A stretch of DNA of 53,445 nucleotides from Kiritimatiellia bacterium (GCA_045627705.1 JAZQOE010000154.1:1-53445); one strand, 5' to 3'. Counted from the stretch's first letter, positions 36,219 to 46,471 are shown. Numbers and translations: made by a program. The notes: generated by a model from the sequence alone, not told the origin.

Positions 36219-38807
36219 CTAATGCTTCAAACTCACTTTGACCTTGAAGAAGTGGTGCTTGGGTAGGGCGGGGAGCCAGGCATCGCCAAGTTTTTCCTTG
36301 CCGAGAACCGTGTAGATCCGGCCGTCAAGATTGGGTTTCCATGTGACGATTGGATTGCCATTTGCATCCACGTCTATGCACGCGAGGAACCTATCGTCGG
36401 GATTGGTTGGATCGACGCCCGTGATGTAGCATTCCCAGACCCGGTTTACGCCATTGGCCGCGAACCGAAGCATTGCGGTTTCGCATTCACTTTCATTGGC
36501 GGTCGGCGCAACCACCCCCTTTTCGATCAGCCATGAATATGGAACAATCTCTTCGATGGAAAGCGAGGCGTCTGTCGCCTCATGGCAACCCAGGTCGATC
36601 CGGCCGCGGAAAATTCGTGGATTGCCATCGATGTCGCAAATGGCGTTCGAGAGCCCGTTCGATCCCGCGTTGATGCACGGCGAAGTGAACCGCAGGCGAT
36701 AGTCGCCATTTCCTGGATCGGTGAACTGCGGATCGCAATCGATGATCCCCACATACTCGTGAGAATCGAAATCGCTTGGAGGCTCGATTGGGCCCTGAAG
36801 GCAGCCCGCGATGCAATCGCAGTTTCTGGCAGCGTATGCGCCACCGCCCAATGAATTTCCCCAGACAATGCAATTTGCGAGCGAACAATCATGGACAACC
36901 GATCCATATTCGCTGGGGGAGTCAACAGTGTTTCCGGCAACCGTACATGAACTCATCGCAGAGTTTTTTACTGTCGATGCCTGGAATGAACTCGTGGAAT
37001 CATTTTCGCAAATCAGGCAATTGTCAATCAGTGGCGCGAGTGAAATCGCGCTGGCTTCCGCGCCACTGTTGCCGCGGAATATGCAGCGCCTGTACACCCC
37101 TCCAACCGCGCCTCCAACGCCCATGTCGCACTCGGAGCAACCGGGGATGGCGGCAATGTTGCCGGAGACGATGCAGTCCTCGACAATGCCTCCGACAACG
37201 CCGCCGGCGAGGTATTGGTTTCCGGAAGATACATCGCAGAGTCCATTGCGGATCGTGAAGCCACGCAAGACGACGTTTGTCGTCGCCGACAACGCCGCGC
37301 AGATATTCGTGCCGCCACCGTCGATGACCGTCTTTCCAGCGCCATTGACGGATCGAATTGAAAGCGCCTTGGTGCGCGAGTCCAGCCAGATGTCCTCCAA
37401 TTCGGGAAGCCATGCGAGGGTGTCCGGGGTAGGGTAGGCATCGCCGAACATCCACCAGAAGGCGACATATCCGAGATTGTAAATGCCGTTCACCTCGAAC
37501 GGCGGATATACGCCGTCGCCGACAATGATTTCATCGCCGCTTTCCGAGGCGTCCACGGCGGCCTGTATCGTCGCGAACGCATCGGCCCACGACAGGCCGG
37601 AATGTGCATCGGAACCGGTTTGCGAGACAAAGCGCGTCACTGGATTCTTATGGGGTGGGGGAACCGCCGATGACTCATAGCATCCGACATCTATCCGCCC
37701 GAAGATTATGCGGGTCTGCCCATCCAGGTCGCAGGTGGCGGTTGTCATCTCGTTCGATCCCGCGTTGATGCACGGCGAATCCGAACGAAGGTGGAAATCG
37801 CCATTCGCGGCGTCAATGAAAAGCGGGTTGGCGACGAAATTCCCCTGACCGTCCATCGATTCCCTCAGGCAGCACGACTCGGCAAAACAGTACTCCATGG
37901 ATGGTTCGACATGGCCTGGCGATGAATTGCCCCAGACAATGCAATCGCCCAGGGTGCATCTCGCGACCACGACGCCTTCCGTGCACTCATTTCCGGCTAT
38001 CGTGCAGGAAACAAACGCGCCTTTCTCCTCGTCATTGAACTCGCTCGGCGTATTCGCCACGATACCGTCCATGCCGCCAGTGTTCCCGTAAAGCAGGCAG
38101 TTTTCAAGCGAGCGGGCCTCCGAAACGGCGCCGCACCAGCCGCTGTTGCCCATGAACACGCAGCGACTGTACGCACCGGCAACGACGCCACCCGCGCCGT
38201 GTTCATTGTCAGGCGTGGAAACATTGCCGGCGATGACGCAGTCCTCGACAATGCCTCCGACAACGCCACCGGCAAGGTATTGGTAATCGACATCGCATAA
38301 TCCGTTGCGAATGGTGAATCCACGCATGAGGACATTTGTCGTTGCCGACAGGGTAGCGCAGATATTCGTGCCGCCGCCGTCGATGACCGTATTCTCCGCG
38401 CCACTGAGGGACGTGATGGAAATCGATTTTGCGCGTGAGTTCCGCCATGCATCTTCCATCCTCCGCCACATATCTTCCATCCCAGGATCCCAGGCATACC
38501 AGGTGCCAAGGGCTTGACTGGGAGAGGTGTCGGAGAACCCCCAGACGACACAGATTTCAGCGATATCCGCAAGGCTGTTCACCTCGAACGGCGGATATAC
38601 GCCGTCGCCGACAATGATTTCATCGCCGCTTTCCGAGGCGTCCACGGCGGCCTGTATCGTCGCGAACGCATTGGCCCACGACAGGCCGGAATGCGCATCG
38701 GAACCATTCCGGGCGACATAGAGCCTGGTGTTCGCGTTCGCGGCAAGTGCCATCGCGCAAATCGCGGCGGCGAGTGCAATGCGTCGTTCAATCCTCATGC
38801 TTGCCAT
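36219..38807 (-). CDS. Secreted beta-helix / choice-of-anchor-Q-like protein with a tandem domain duplication
   Basis: Signal peptide; two copies of YV..GSDAHSGLSWA.AFATIQAAVDASESGDEIIVGDGVY…NGD.HL..SPCINAG…IDVGC.E; C-terminal CYITGVDPTNPDDRF module. Confidence 0.75.
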   Translation of the reverse strand: MASMRIERRIALAAAICAMALAANANTRLYVARNGSDAHSGLSWANAFATIQAAVDASESGDEIIVGDGVYPPFEVNSLADIAEICVVWGFSDTSPSQALGTWYAWDPGMEDMWRRMEDAWRNSRAKSISITSLSGAENTVIDGGGTNICATLSATTNVLMRGFTIRNGLCDVDYQYLAGGVVGGIVEDCVIAGNVSTPDNEHGAGGVVAGAYSRCVFMGNSGWCGAVSEARSLENCLLYGNTGGMDGIVANTPSEFNDEEKGAFVSCTIAGNECTEGVVVARCTLGDCIVWGNSSPGHVEPSMEYCFAESCCLRESMDGQGNFVANPLFIDAANGDFHLRSDSPCINAGSNEMTTATCDLDGQTRIIFGRIDVGCYESSAVPPPHKNPVTRFVSQTGSDAHSGLSWADAFATIQAAVDASESGDEIIVGDGVYPPFEVNGIYNLGYVAFWWMFGDAYPTPDTLAWLPELEDIWLDSRTKALSIRSVNGAGKTVIDGGGTNICAALSATTNVVLRGFTIRNGLCDVSSGNQYLAGGVVGGIVEDCIVSGNIAAIPGCSECDMGVGGAVGGVYRRCIFRGNSGAEASAISLAPLIDNCLICENDSTSSFQASTVKNSAMSSCTVAGNTVDSPSEYGSVVHDCSLANCIVWGNSLGGGAYAARNCDCIAGCLQGPIEPPSDFDSHEYVGIIDCDPQFTDPGNGDYRLRFTSPCINAGSNGLSNAICDIDGNPRIFRGRIDLGCHEATDASLSIEEIVPYSWLIEKGVVAPTANESECETAMLRFAANGVNRVWECYITGVDPTNPDDRFLACIDVDANGNPIVTWKPNLDGRIYTVLGKEKLGDAWLPALPKHHFFKVKVSLKH

Positions 38808-38866
38808 GGTGTAGTTTCGGTGGAATTTTGTCAATGCAAAACTGCGTCAAAATCATGCGGGATGCA

Positions 38867-38894
38867 ATGTCGCATAATATGAGTTATGTCAACT
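38867..38894 (+). other. dif-like XerC/XerD recombination site
   Basis: ATGTCGCATAA-TATGAG-TTATGTCAACT, versus E. coli dif GGTGCGCATAA-TGTATA-TTATGTTAAAT: same 11-6-11 architecture. Overlaps the xerD stop codon. Confidence 0.8.
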
Positions 38895-39791
38895 TGGGCG
38901 GTGCGCACGCGGGTGGAAGTTCTTGTGGGTCGCGACTAGACGACCTGCATCGACATGCGTGTAAATCTGAGTTGTCTCGACGCTGGCATGTCCAAGCATC
39001 TCCTGGATAACGCGAATCTGCGCGCCATGTTCAAGCAGATGAGTGGCGAAGCAGTGACGCAATGTGTGCGGATGAATCTGTCCGGCAAGCCCGGCTTCGC
39101 GCGCGCGCTTGGCCAGCATCTTCCAGATTCCCTGGCGCGAAAAACGCTCGCCAAGGCGTGTCAAGAAAACCTCGGGGACATCCTGGCCAGGACGAACCAG
39201 CTTCGGCCTGACCCCATCCAAGTAGATGCTGAGGGCATCCGCGGCAATGCTGCCGATTGGAACGATTCTCTGTTTGTCGCCCTTGCCCAGGCAACGCAGG
39301 TATTTCGCATCGAGATGGAGATCGCTCATGCGGAGCATCGCGAGCTCCGAAACGCGCAAACCGCAGGCGTAGAAGGTTTCAAGGATGGCACGGTCGCGGA
39401 TTGAAAGCGGATCATTGCCAGCGGGCGCGGCAAGAAGTGCTACGATGTCATCCTCCGTCACAACCTTTGGAAGCTGCAATCCGCGGCGCGCCGCATGGAG
39501 TACGGAAGCGACATTCGAATCGATGATTCCTTCCGATGTCAGGTACGCGAAAAAGACCTTCAAGGCGACGAGACGACGCGCGGAAGTCGCCGGCGCCATT
39601 TCGCGGATTTTCAGATCCTCGAGATATTCCTGGAGATCGGTGCGCCTGACGGCACTTGGATATTTGATCCCACGGTCCGAAAGGAACTCGGCGAAATCGG
39701 CCAAGTCGCGACCGTATGATTCGCGAGTGTTATGCGACAGGCCGCGTTCGAGAACCAGGTAGTCGAGGAATTGTCTTATCGCGGAATCCAT
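38889..39791 (-). CDS. xerD: Site-specific tyrosine recombinase XerD
   Basis: LERGLSHNTRESYGRDL, RDRAILETFYACGLRVSEL, GKGDKQRIVP, HPHTLRHCFATHLL, QEMLGHASVETTQIYTHV, HPRA. Confidence 0.92.
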   Translation of the reverse strand: MDSAIRQFLDYLVLERGLSHNTRESYGRDLADFAEFLSDRGIKYPSAVRRTDLQEYLEDLKIREMAPATSARRLVALKVFFAYLTSEGIIDSNVASVLHAARRGLQLPKVVTEDDIVALLAAPAGNDPLSIRDRAILETFYACGLRVSELAMLRMSDLHLDAKYLRCLGKGDKQRIVPIGSIAADALSIYLDGVRPKLVRPGQDVPEVFLTRLGERFSRQGIWKMLAKRAREAGLAGQIHPHTLRHCFATHLLEHGAQIRVIQEMLGHASVETTQIYTHVDAGRLVATHKNFHPRAHRPS

Positions 39792-40083
39792 GCTACCTCC
39801 CCTGCCCCACAAGCGCCTTGTACCCGAGTTTCACAAGAATGGCGCAACATATCCTGCCTGATTCTGGATGTATCGAGAAAACGTCCATGGCGACCATTAT
39901 GCCATTCTTTGAGTCCCAGATAATAGAAATACTTAAAGAAATGACGATCAGTGTACCGGGGGAAAGCAACGGTGTTGTTTCTCACGGGATTTTGGCTATA
40001 ATGGCGACATGCATCGGTGAGGCACAACGAGGCCCGTTGCAATTAGCCCAATGTCTGTTTCAATCAAGAGCAGCCCGCATTCC

Positions 40084-41442
40084 ATGGATATCGACGTTTA
40101 CTTTGAAAACAATCGCGAGTCCATCCTCGCCGATTGGTTTGAACTGCTGAGGATGCCGACAATCGGTTCCGATCCCGCGCGGCTTGGTGATTGCGCCCGT
40201 TGCACGGCGTGGCTAAAGCGTTATCTTCGTCCGCTTGGCTTCACTTCCGAAGTGATTCTCGTCAATGTCGGCATGCCGATTTTCCTCGCCACGCGCGATG
40301 GCGAACAATCCGCGCCTTCAATCCTCTACTACGGGCATTACGATGTCCAGCCTGCCGACCCGCTCGAACTTTGGGACACGCCACCATTCGAACCCACGAT
40401 CAAGGACGACCGCGTCTTCGCCCGCGGCGCACAGGACAACAAGGGACAGTTCTTCGCCTTTATCCAGGGTCTTCGCGCACTCATCGAATCGGGCGGCAAA
40501 ATTCCGCCGATCACGATTCTTCTCGAAGGCGAGGAAGAAAGCGGCAGCGTCCACCTCGCCGGCGAACTAGACAATCTCCGAAGGCGCATCGGTGCGCAGA
40601 TCCTGATGGCGTGCGACACTGAAGTCGCGCCAGACGGCCGCCCAGCAATCGTCGCCGGCCTACGCGGAGTGATCCACATGACGGTCACCGTTTGCGGCGC
40701 ACCGCGCGACCTTCATTCAGGCACTCATGGAGGCGTCGCACCGAATCCCGCGCAGGCCCTTGCGCGCATGCTGGCGTCGATGCACGACGATGCGGGCCAT
40801 ATCCTCGTCGAAGGGTTCACGAACATCCACGCGCCGACCGATACCGAGCGCGAACTTGCCTCGGCTGGCGCCATCGACAATGCGGGCTACGAAGCCGCGA
40901 CTGGTGTCGCGCCAACAGGCGGCGAGCGCGAATTTCCCCCGTGGGAACGCGCCGGGTTCCGTCCTTCAATCGAAATCAACGGCTTTCACGGCGGTTACGG
41001 CGGCCCAGGGTCGAAGACCATCATCCCCTCATCCGCCTTCGCGAAGATTTCCGCGCGTCTCGTCCCCGGCCAGTCGCCAAAGGCATGCACCGACGCAATC
41101 GCCGCACACTTGAAGGAGCGGTGTCCCGAAGGATTGCGCATTGAAATCTCCGAAGTGCAGGCAACGGGCGGCGCACTTCGTCTGCCTGTCGCCTCGCCGC
41201 TTTGCCGCATTGCATCCGAAGTAATCTCGCGAATCGACCCGCGTGGCCCCGTCTTCCAGTGGGACGGAGCCTCGATGCCGATTGTCGCGGGACTTGCCGA
41301 GGCCAGCGGGGCGACGCCATTGCTCATCGGCTTTGGCGAAGAGGGCGACCGCATCCACGCGCCGAACGAATCGTATTCGATCGTGCAGTTCAAGAAAACG
41401 ATGCGCTACGCCTTTGAAATGCTCTCCGAACTCGCAGGGTGA
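40084..41442 (+). CDS. M20 family metallopeptidase/dipeptidase
   Basis: YGHYDVQP, ARGAQDNKG, EGEEESGS, DLHSG, IHAPNE. Confidence 0.92.
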   Translation: MDIDVYFENNRESILADWFELLRMPTIGSDPARLGDCARCTAWLKRYLRPLGFTSEVILVNVGMPIFLATRDGEQSAPSILYYGHYDVQPADPLELWDTPPFEPTIKDDRVFARGAQDNKGQFFAFIQGLRALIESGGKIPPITILLEGEEESGSVHLAGELDNLRRRIGAQILMACDTEVAPDGRPAIVAGLRGVIHMTVTVCGAPRDLHSGTHGGVAPNPAQALARMLASMHDDAGHILVEGFTNIHAPTDTERELASAGAIDNAGYEAATGVAPTGGEREFPPWERAGFRPSIEINGFHGGYGGPGSKTIIPSSAFAKISARLVPGQSPKACTDAIAAHLKERCPEGLRIEISEVQATGGALRLPVASPLCRIASEVISRIDPRGPVFQWDGASMPIVAGLAEASGATPLLIGFGEEGDRIHAPNESYSIVQFKKTMRYAFEMLSELAG

Positions 41443-41444
41443 CA

Positions 41445-43583
41445 ATGGAGGACGAAGTCGAGAAAATCAGCGGGACAGTCGAGAACATCGTCTTCCACAA
41501 CGATGATACCGGCTATACCGTCTGTGCGATCCGTCAACCCAACGCTCACGACAACACCACTGTCGTCGGCACATGCGCCGCGATCTGGGTAGGCGAGGAA
41601 ATGAACGCGGAAGGGACGTGGATACACCATCCGCAGTTTGGAAAGCAGTTCCAGGCGTCGAACATCGTCTGCATCACGCCCACATCCGTCGAAGGCATCG
41701 AACGCTTCCTCGCCGGCGGCATGATCCGCGGCATCGGTCCAGTCCAGGCGAAGAGGATCGTCGCCAAGTTCGGAGCCGACACGATGCGGATCATCGACAA
41801 GGAATCAGCGCGCCTTGAGGAGGTCGAAGGCATCGGGCCCAAGCGCCGGGCCTTGATCAAGGAATCCTGGGCCGAAACCCAGGGAATCCGCGACATCATG
41901 GTATTCCTTCAGGGGAACGGCATCGGCACCGCCCAGGCGTCGCGCATCTACAGGCAGTATGGCGCGGACGCGATCGTGATCGTGAAGCAGAACCCATATC
42001 GCCTCATCAACGATGTCTGGGGAATCGGCTTCAAGAAGGCGGACGCGATCGCACTGCGTGTCGGCATCCCAAAGGAGTCCCCCACCCGCGCACGCGCCGG
42101 CATCGGCTATGTCCTCGAATCTCAATCGGAGGAAGGCCATTGCTTCTGCCGCGAAAGCGATCTGCTCCTGGAGGCGCAGGACAAGCTCGGCATCCCGATG
42201 GAAATCATCGCGGAGGCGCTTGCCGCACAGGTCGATGCGGGGCAACTGGTGCGGGACGGCGACAGAATCTACCTCCGCGAACTCTTCGCGGCGGAAGTGC
42301 GCGTTTCCGTGAAGCTTCGCAAATTGCTCGACGGCCAAGCGCGCTTCAAGCCGATCGACGCGCCAAAGGCCGTTGACTGGGCGGAAGGGCGCATGGGTTT
42401 CACGCTCGCGCCCGAGCAGCGCCAGGCGCTCCTCGAAGCCATCTCCAGCAAGGTGTGCGTGATTACGGGCGGCCCTGGCGTCGGCAAGACCACCATCATC
42501 CGCGCGCTTACCGAGGTCTATGGGGCACGGCACGCCACGATCAAGCTCTCCGCGCCGACGGGGCGCGCCGCGAAGCGCATGGCGGAATCGACCGGGCTGG
42601 AGGCGAAGACGATACACCGCCTGCTCAGCTACCAGCCGGCGACACATGCGTTCAAGTACAATGCCGAGAATCCAATCGACGCCGATGTGGTAATACTCGA
42701 CGAGGCGTCGATGATAGACGTGAACCTGATGGACTGTTTCCTCCAGGCGCTTCCCGACCATGCGTGCCTGGTGATTGTCGGCGACATCGACCAGCTTCCG
42801 AGCGTCGGGCCCGGCAACGTCCTTCGCGATATCATCGCTTCGGGCGCAATCCCATGCCGCAAGCTCACCTACATCTTCCGTCAGGATTCGCGCGGACTCA
42901 TCGTCCGCAACGCGCACCACATCAACAATGGCGAGCGTCTGGAACAGGCGAAGGAAAGCGACTTCTTCTTCATCGAAACGGCGGAGCCAGAGGTCGTGCT
43001 AAACCGCGTGCGGGAGCTTGTCACCACTCGCATCCCGCGCAAATTCGGCTTCGATCCGCTTTCGTCGATACAGATTCTCACGCCGATGCGCAAGAACCTC
43101 CTTGGCACCGACAGCCTGAACCATGTGCTGCAGGAGGCGATGAACCCGCATGGCGAGGCGCTGTTGCGCGGCGGCACGCTCTTCCGCGTCCGCGACCGCG
43201 TAATGCAGTTGCGGAACAACTACGACAAGGACGTCTTCAACGGCGACATCGGTTTCATCAGGGAAGTCGATACGGAGGAACGGTCGCTTGTCGTGGACTT
43301 CGACGGCAAACCCGTGAAATACCAATCCGACGAGCTGGACGAGCTGGTCCTTGCGTATGCCTCGACGATCCACAAGTCGCAGGGAAGCGAATATCCGGCC
43401 GTCGTGATCATCATAGCGACCCAGCATTTCAAGCTGCTCCAGCGCAATCTGCTCTACACCGCCGTCACCCGCGGCAAGAAGCTCGTGTGCATCGTGGGAT
43501 CCTCGAAGGCGATACACATCGCAACCGAGAACAACACCGTCCGCGAACGCCGCACATGGCTGGCCGAGCGTCTTCGCGCATGA
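41445..43583 (+). CDS. recD2: ATP-dependent RecD-like DNA helicase RecD2
   Basis: HhH motifs (GIGP), NPYRL..GIGFKKAD, TGGPGVGKTT, APTGRAAKR, DEASM, GDIDQLPSVG, AYASTIHKSQGSEY, LYTAVTRGK. Confidence 0.95.
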   Translation: MEDEVEKISGTVENIVFHNDDTGYTVCAIRQPNAHDNTTVVGTCAAIWVGEEMNAEGTWIHHPQFGKQFQASNIVCITPTSVEGIERFLAGGMIRGIGPVQAKRIVAKFGADTMRIIDKESARLEEVEGIGPKRRALIKESWAETQGIRDIMVFLQGNGIGTAQASRIYRQYGADAIVIVKQNPYRLINDVWGIGFKKADAIALRVGIPKESPTRARAGIGYVLESQSEEGHCFCRESDLLLEAQDKLGIPMEIIAEALAAQVDAGQLVRDGDRIYLRELFAAEVRVSVKLRKLLDGQARFKPIDAPKAVDWAEGRMGFTLAPEQRQALLEAISSKVCVITGGPGVGKTTIIRALTEVYGARHATIKLSAPTGRAAKRMAESTGLEAKTIHRLLSYQPATHAFKYNAENPIDADVVILDEASMIDVNLMDCFLQALPDHACLVIVGDIDQLPSVGPGNVLRDIIASGAIPCRKLTYIFRQDSRGLIVRNAHHINNGERLEQAKESDFFFIETAEPEVVLNRVRELVTTRIPRKFGFDPLSSIQILTPMRKNLLGTDSLNHVLQEAMNPHGEALLRGGTLFRVRDRVMQLRNNYDKDVFNGDIGFIREVDTEERSLVVDFDGKPVKYQSDELDELVLAYASTIHKSQGSEYPAVVIIIATQHFKLLQRNLLYTAVTRGKKLVCIVGSSKAIHIATENNTVRERRTWLAERLRA

Positions 43584-43633
43584 CGAACATTTTTCGGAAC
43601 CATCGTCTTTTTTTTTAACAAAGGGTACTCCAA

Positions 43634-44713
43634 ATGAGCGAAGCAGTAATCCACGCGAACCTCCCCTTCCCCACGCCCTGTTTTTCGGGTCCGATCATCG
43701 ACAACCTCGACTGGAATGAAGTGTCGCCGAATGATGTCGAGGGCCGCGGTTGGCGCGACACCGCGGCGCCGTTCGACCGTCTGCCACCCGAAGCGGAAAA
43801 GATAGCGCAGGATCTCTGGGGAGCGAGCCGTTCTACCACTGGCGAGTGCTTTGAATTCGAGACCGATTCCACCGCGATCGCCGTCCGCACGAAACTTGGC
43901 CTGGCGCAATACGGCGAACCGAACTTCAACTCCAGCGCCTTCGCTGGATGCGACCTGTATTGCTGGGACGAGACGCAAAACCGCTGGCGCTGGGCCGCGA
44001 CTGCGCAACACATGGTCGAATGGAAACCGATCACTGAATATGGTCTTTGCTGGAGCCTCAAGAAAACGGCGCGCCGTTTTCGCATGTACCTTCCGATGCG
44101 CAACCAGCTGCTCGCGCTTTGGGTTGGAGTGGATGAAGGTTCATCGTTCAGGCTCATTCCGCCGAGGCGAGAGAAACCGCTCGTTTACTACGGGACCAGC
44201 ATCATCCATGGCGCCTTCAGCATCAGGGCGGGACTTGGCGTGCCGCAGATTCTCGGACGCGAACTCGGCGTACCAGTAATCAACCTTGGATTCTCCGGCG
44301 CGGCGCGACTAGAACCGGCCATGGCGGACATCCTCGCGCAGCTGGACGCGGGAGTATTCGTCTGCGATCCCTACCACAATTCGACGATCGACTCCTTCAA
44401 GGCCAATGCCGAGCCATTCTTTGGAAAACTTTGCGCCGCGCGGCCGGAAACGCCTGTTTACCTTCTAAGCGCGCCGCCGGTCCTCAATGCGTGGATGTGG
44501 CCAGACATCGTCCTTGCCGAACACAAGATCCGCTCGCGTCTTTTCGCGGACACGGGCGCAATGCTCGAAAAGCGCCACCCAAACTTCCGCTTCATCGACG
44601 GCGAGAATTTCTACGGATCCGACGACACCTCGATCGACGGCATCCATCCCAACGACGTGGCCTTCGACCAGATGGCGAAAATCCTCGCGCCCATCCTCCG
44701 AAAGCACTTCTAG
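43634..44713 (+). CDS. SGNH/GDSL hydrolase with an N-terminal beta-sandwich domain
   Basis: VYYGTSIIHG, INLGFSGAA, DGIHPND. Confidence 0.85.
   Translation: MSEAVIHANLPFPTPCFSGPIIDNLDWNEVSPNDVEGRGWRDTAAPFDRLPPEAEKIAQDLWGASRSTTGECFEFETDSTAIAVRTKLGLAQYGEPNFNSSAFAGCDLYCWDETQNRWRWAATAQHMVEWKPITEYGLCWSLKKTARRFRMYLPMRNQLLALWVGVDEGSSFRLIPPRREKPLVYYGTSIIHGAFSIRAGLGVPQILGRELGVPVINLGFSGAARLEPAMADILAQLDAGVFVCDPYHNSTIDSFKANAEPFFGKLCAARPETPVYLLSAPPVLNAWMWPDIVLAEHKIRSRLFADTGAMLEKRHPNFRFIDGENFYGSDDTSIDGIHPNDVAFDQMAKILAPILRKHF
44062..44081. repeat. Dispersed palindrome copy
   Basis: GAAAACGGCGCGCCGTTTTC, a perfect 20-bp palindrome inside the CDS. Confidence 0.75.
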
Positions 44714-44978
44714 AGTCTTTACCTGATTAAAAGGACGGTTCCCTTCGGGCCTTCCGCGCCGAAGACGAGAAGCTGGTTGGCGAGAAAGTGTCCGGAAACG
44801 TTGCACTTGCCATCGACGATGCGCAGGTAACACGCAACGCGCCTCTTGGCATTTGTAACTATAGGTCAGAACGCCGACATTTGCAAACGATAAGCATCGG
44901 CTTTTCAAGCTTATCGACAAGTGACGAGCAATACTGCTATCATTTGCGAATCATTTTCCCAATCCAAACAGGTGCAAC

Positions 44979-46331
44979 ATGAAAGTCTGCAAATTCGGTG
45001 GTTCATCCCTGGCCGATTCCGTCCAAGTCGGCAAAGTCTGCGACATCGTCCTCGCCGACCCCGCGCGCCGCGTGGTGGTCGTCTCCGCCCCCGGCAAACG
45101 CCGCTCCGGCGATTCGAAGGTCACCGACATGCTTATCACGTGCGGCGAAGCAGCCTTGCACGAAGTCGATACCGAACCGTTCCTACAGGCGATTGTCGCC
45201 CGCTACGCCGAAATCCAGCAGGGTCTCGAACTTGACCCCTCGATCGTAGCCGAAGTCGAGGCAGATCTCCGCAAGCGCATCGCCGGGGACAAGTCGCACC
45301 CCGGCATGTTCATCGACTGCATGAAGGCCGCAGGCGAAGACAATTCCGCGCGCATGGTCGCGGCAGCGCTCAAGGGCCGCGGAGCGGAAGCGGCATACAT
45401 GTCGCCGGCAGACGCGGGCATGCTCCTCACCAGCGAATTCGGCAATGCGCGCCTGCTCGACGAAGCCATGCCGCTCCTCGAGCGCTCGCTTCGCGCCGCG
45501 CGCGGCATAGTCGTCTTCCCCGGTTTCTTCGGCATCACGCGCGAAGGTCGAATCGCCACCTTCTCGCGCGGCGGCTCCGACATCACTGGCGCAATCCTCG
45601 CCGCCGCAGCAGGTGCCGAGGTGTACGAGAACTTCACCGATGTCGATGCCGTTTATCCGGTCGATCCCCGCCTCGTTCCCGAAGTCTCGAAGGGAATCGA
45701 GGAAATGACATTCCGCGAAATGCGCGAGCTTTCGTACGCAGGCTTCGGCGTGTTCCACGACGAAGCGGTGCGTCCCGCCTTCCAGGCCGGAGTAACGATC
45801 AACATCCGCAACACGAACCGTCCCGAGCTGCCCGGCACGCTCGTCAAGCCGCGCCGCCAGGTCGATACCTGCAAGGTCGTCGGCATAGCTTCTGACGGCG
45901 GATTCGCGCAGCTCTATGTTGACAAGTACATGATGAACCGCGAAGTCGGCTTCGGCCGCCGCCTCATGCGAATTCTCGAGGACGAGGGCATCTCGTGGGA
46001 GCATATCCCCACGGGCATCGACAACATGTCTGTCGTCTTCAGGCAGGCACAGATGACGCCCGACTCCGAAGAGCGCATCATCCGCCGCATCAAGGACGAA
46101 CTCAAGCCCGACAAGGTCGCGATCGACCATGACCACGCTCTGATCATGGTCGTCGGCGAAGGCATGCAGTACGCCGTCGGCATCACCGCTCGCGCCGCGT
46201 CCGCCCTCGCCGCGGCGAGCGTCAACATCGAGATGCTGAACCAGGGCGCATCCGAAACAAGCGTCATGTTCGGCGTGAAGGAATCCGACCGCGCCGCGGC
46301 CGTGCGCGCCCTCTACAAGGCATTCTTCTAA
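44979..46331 (+). CDS. Aspartate kinase
   Basis: KVCKFGGSSLAD, VVVSAPGK, TFSRGGSDITG, ENFTDVD, ELSYAGFGVFH, two C-terminal ACT domains. Confidence 0.95.
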   Translation: MKVCKFGGSSLADSVQVGKVCDIVLADPARRVVVVSAPGKRRSGDSKVTDMLITCGEAALHEVDTEPFLQAIVARYAEIQQGLELDPSIVAEVEADLRKRIAGDKSHPGMFIDCMKAAGEDNSARMVAAALKGRGAEAAYMSPADAGMLLTSEFGNARLLDEAMPLLERSLRAARGIVVFPGFFGITREGRIATFSRGGSDITGAILAAAAGAEVYENFTDVDAVYPVDPRLVPEVSKGIEEMTFREMRELSYAGFGVFHDEAVRPAFQAGVTINIRNTNRPELPGTLVKPRRQVDTCKVVGIASDGGFAQLYVDKYMMNREVGFGRRLMRILEDEGISWEHIPTGIDNMSVVFRQAQMTPDSEERIIRRIKDELKPDKVAIDHDHALIMVVGEGMQYAVGITARAASALAAASVNIEMLNQGASETSVMFGVKESDRAAAVRALYKAFF

Positions 46332-46337
46332 TCCGCA

Positions 46338-46366
46338 TTGACATTCCACGGGGCAGATGATATGCT
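46338..46366 (+). promoter_or_regulatory. Sigma70 promoter of the trp leader/trpB2 unit
   Basis: TTGACA (46338-46343), 17 bp, TATGCT (46361-46366), with an extended -10 TG. Confidence 0.75.
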
Positions 46367-46376
46367 CCGCCACATC

Positions 46377-46436
46377 ATGAATCTGAACATGGTCAACAAC
46401 CTTTGGTGGTGGTGCCGCGCTGACGAAGCGAGGTGA
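46377..46436 (+). CDS. trpL: Tryptophan attenuator leader peptide MNLNMVNNLWWWCRADEAR
   Basis: 19-codon ORF with three tandem TGG codons, between the promoter and a terminator, upstream of trpB2. Confidence 0.85.
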   Translation: MNLNMVNNLWWWCRADEAR

Positions 46437-46471
46437 CGATCCGTTGTTGTTCCAATTCATTCCAACAGGAA

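Noticed and set aside
39716-40150. 144-aa ORF between divergent xerD and the M20 peptidase
   Set aside because: Overlaps both genes, has atypical composition and no motifs; probably a divergent promoter region.
44730-44850. Lysine riboswitch (AGAGGCGCG seen)
   Set aside because: The motif is on the strand opposite to the aspartate kinase gene, and the other consensus elements could not be placed.
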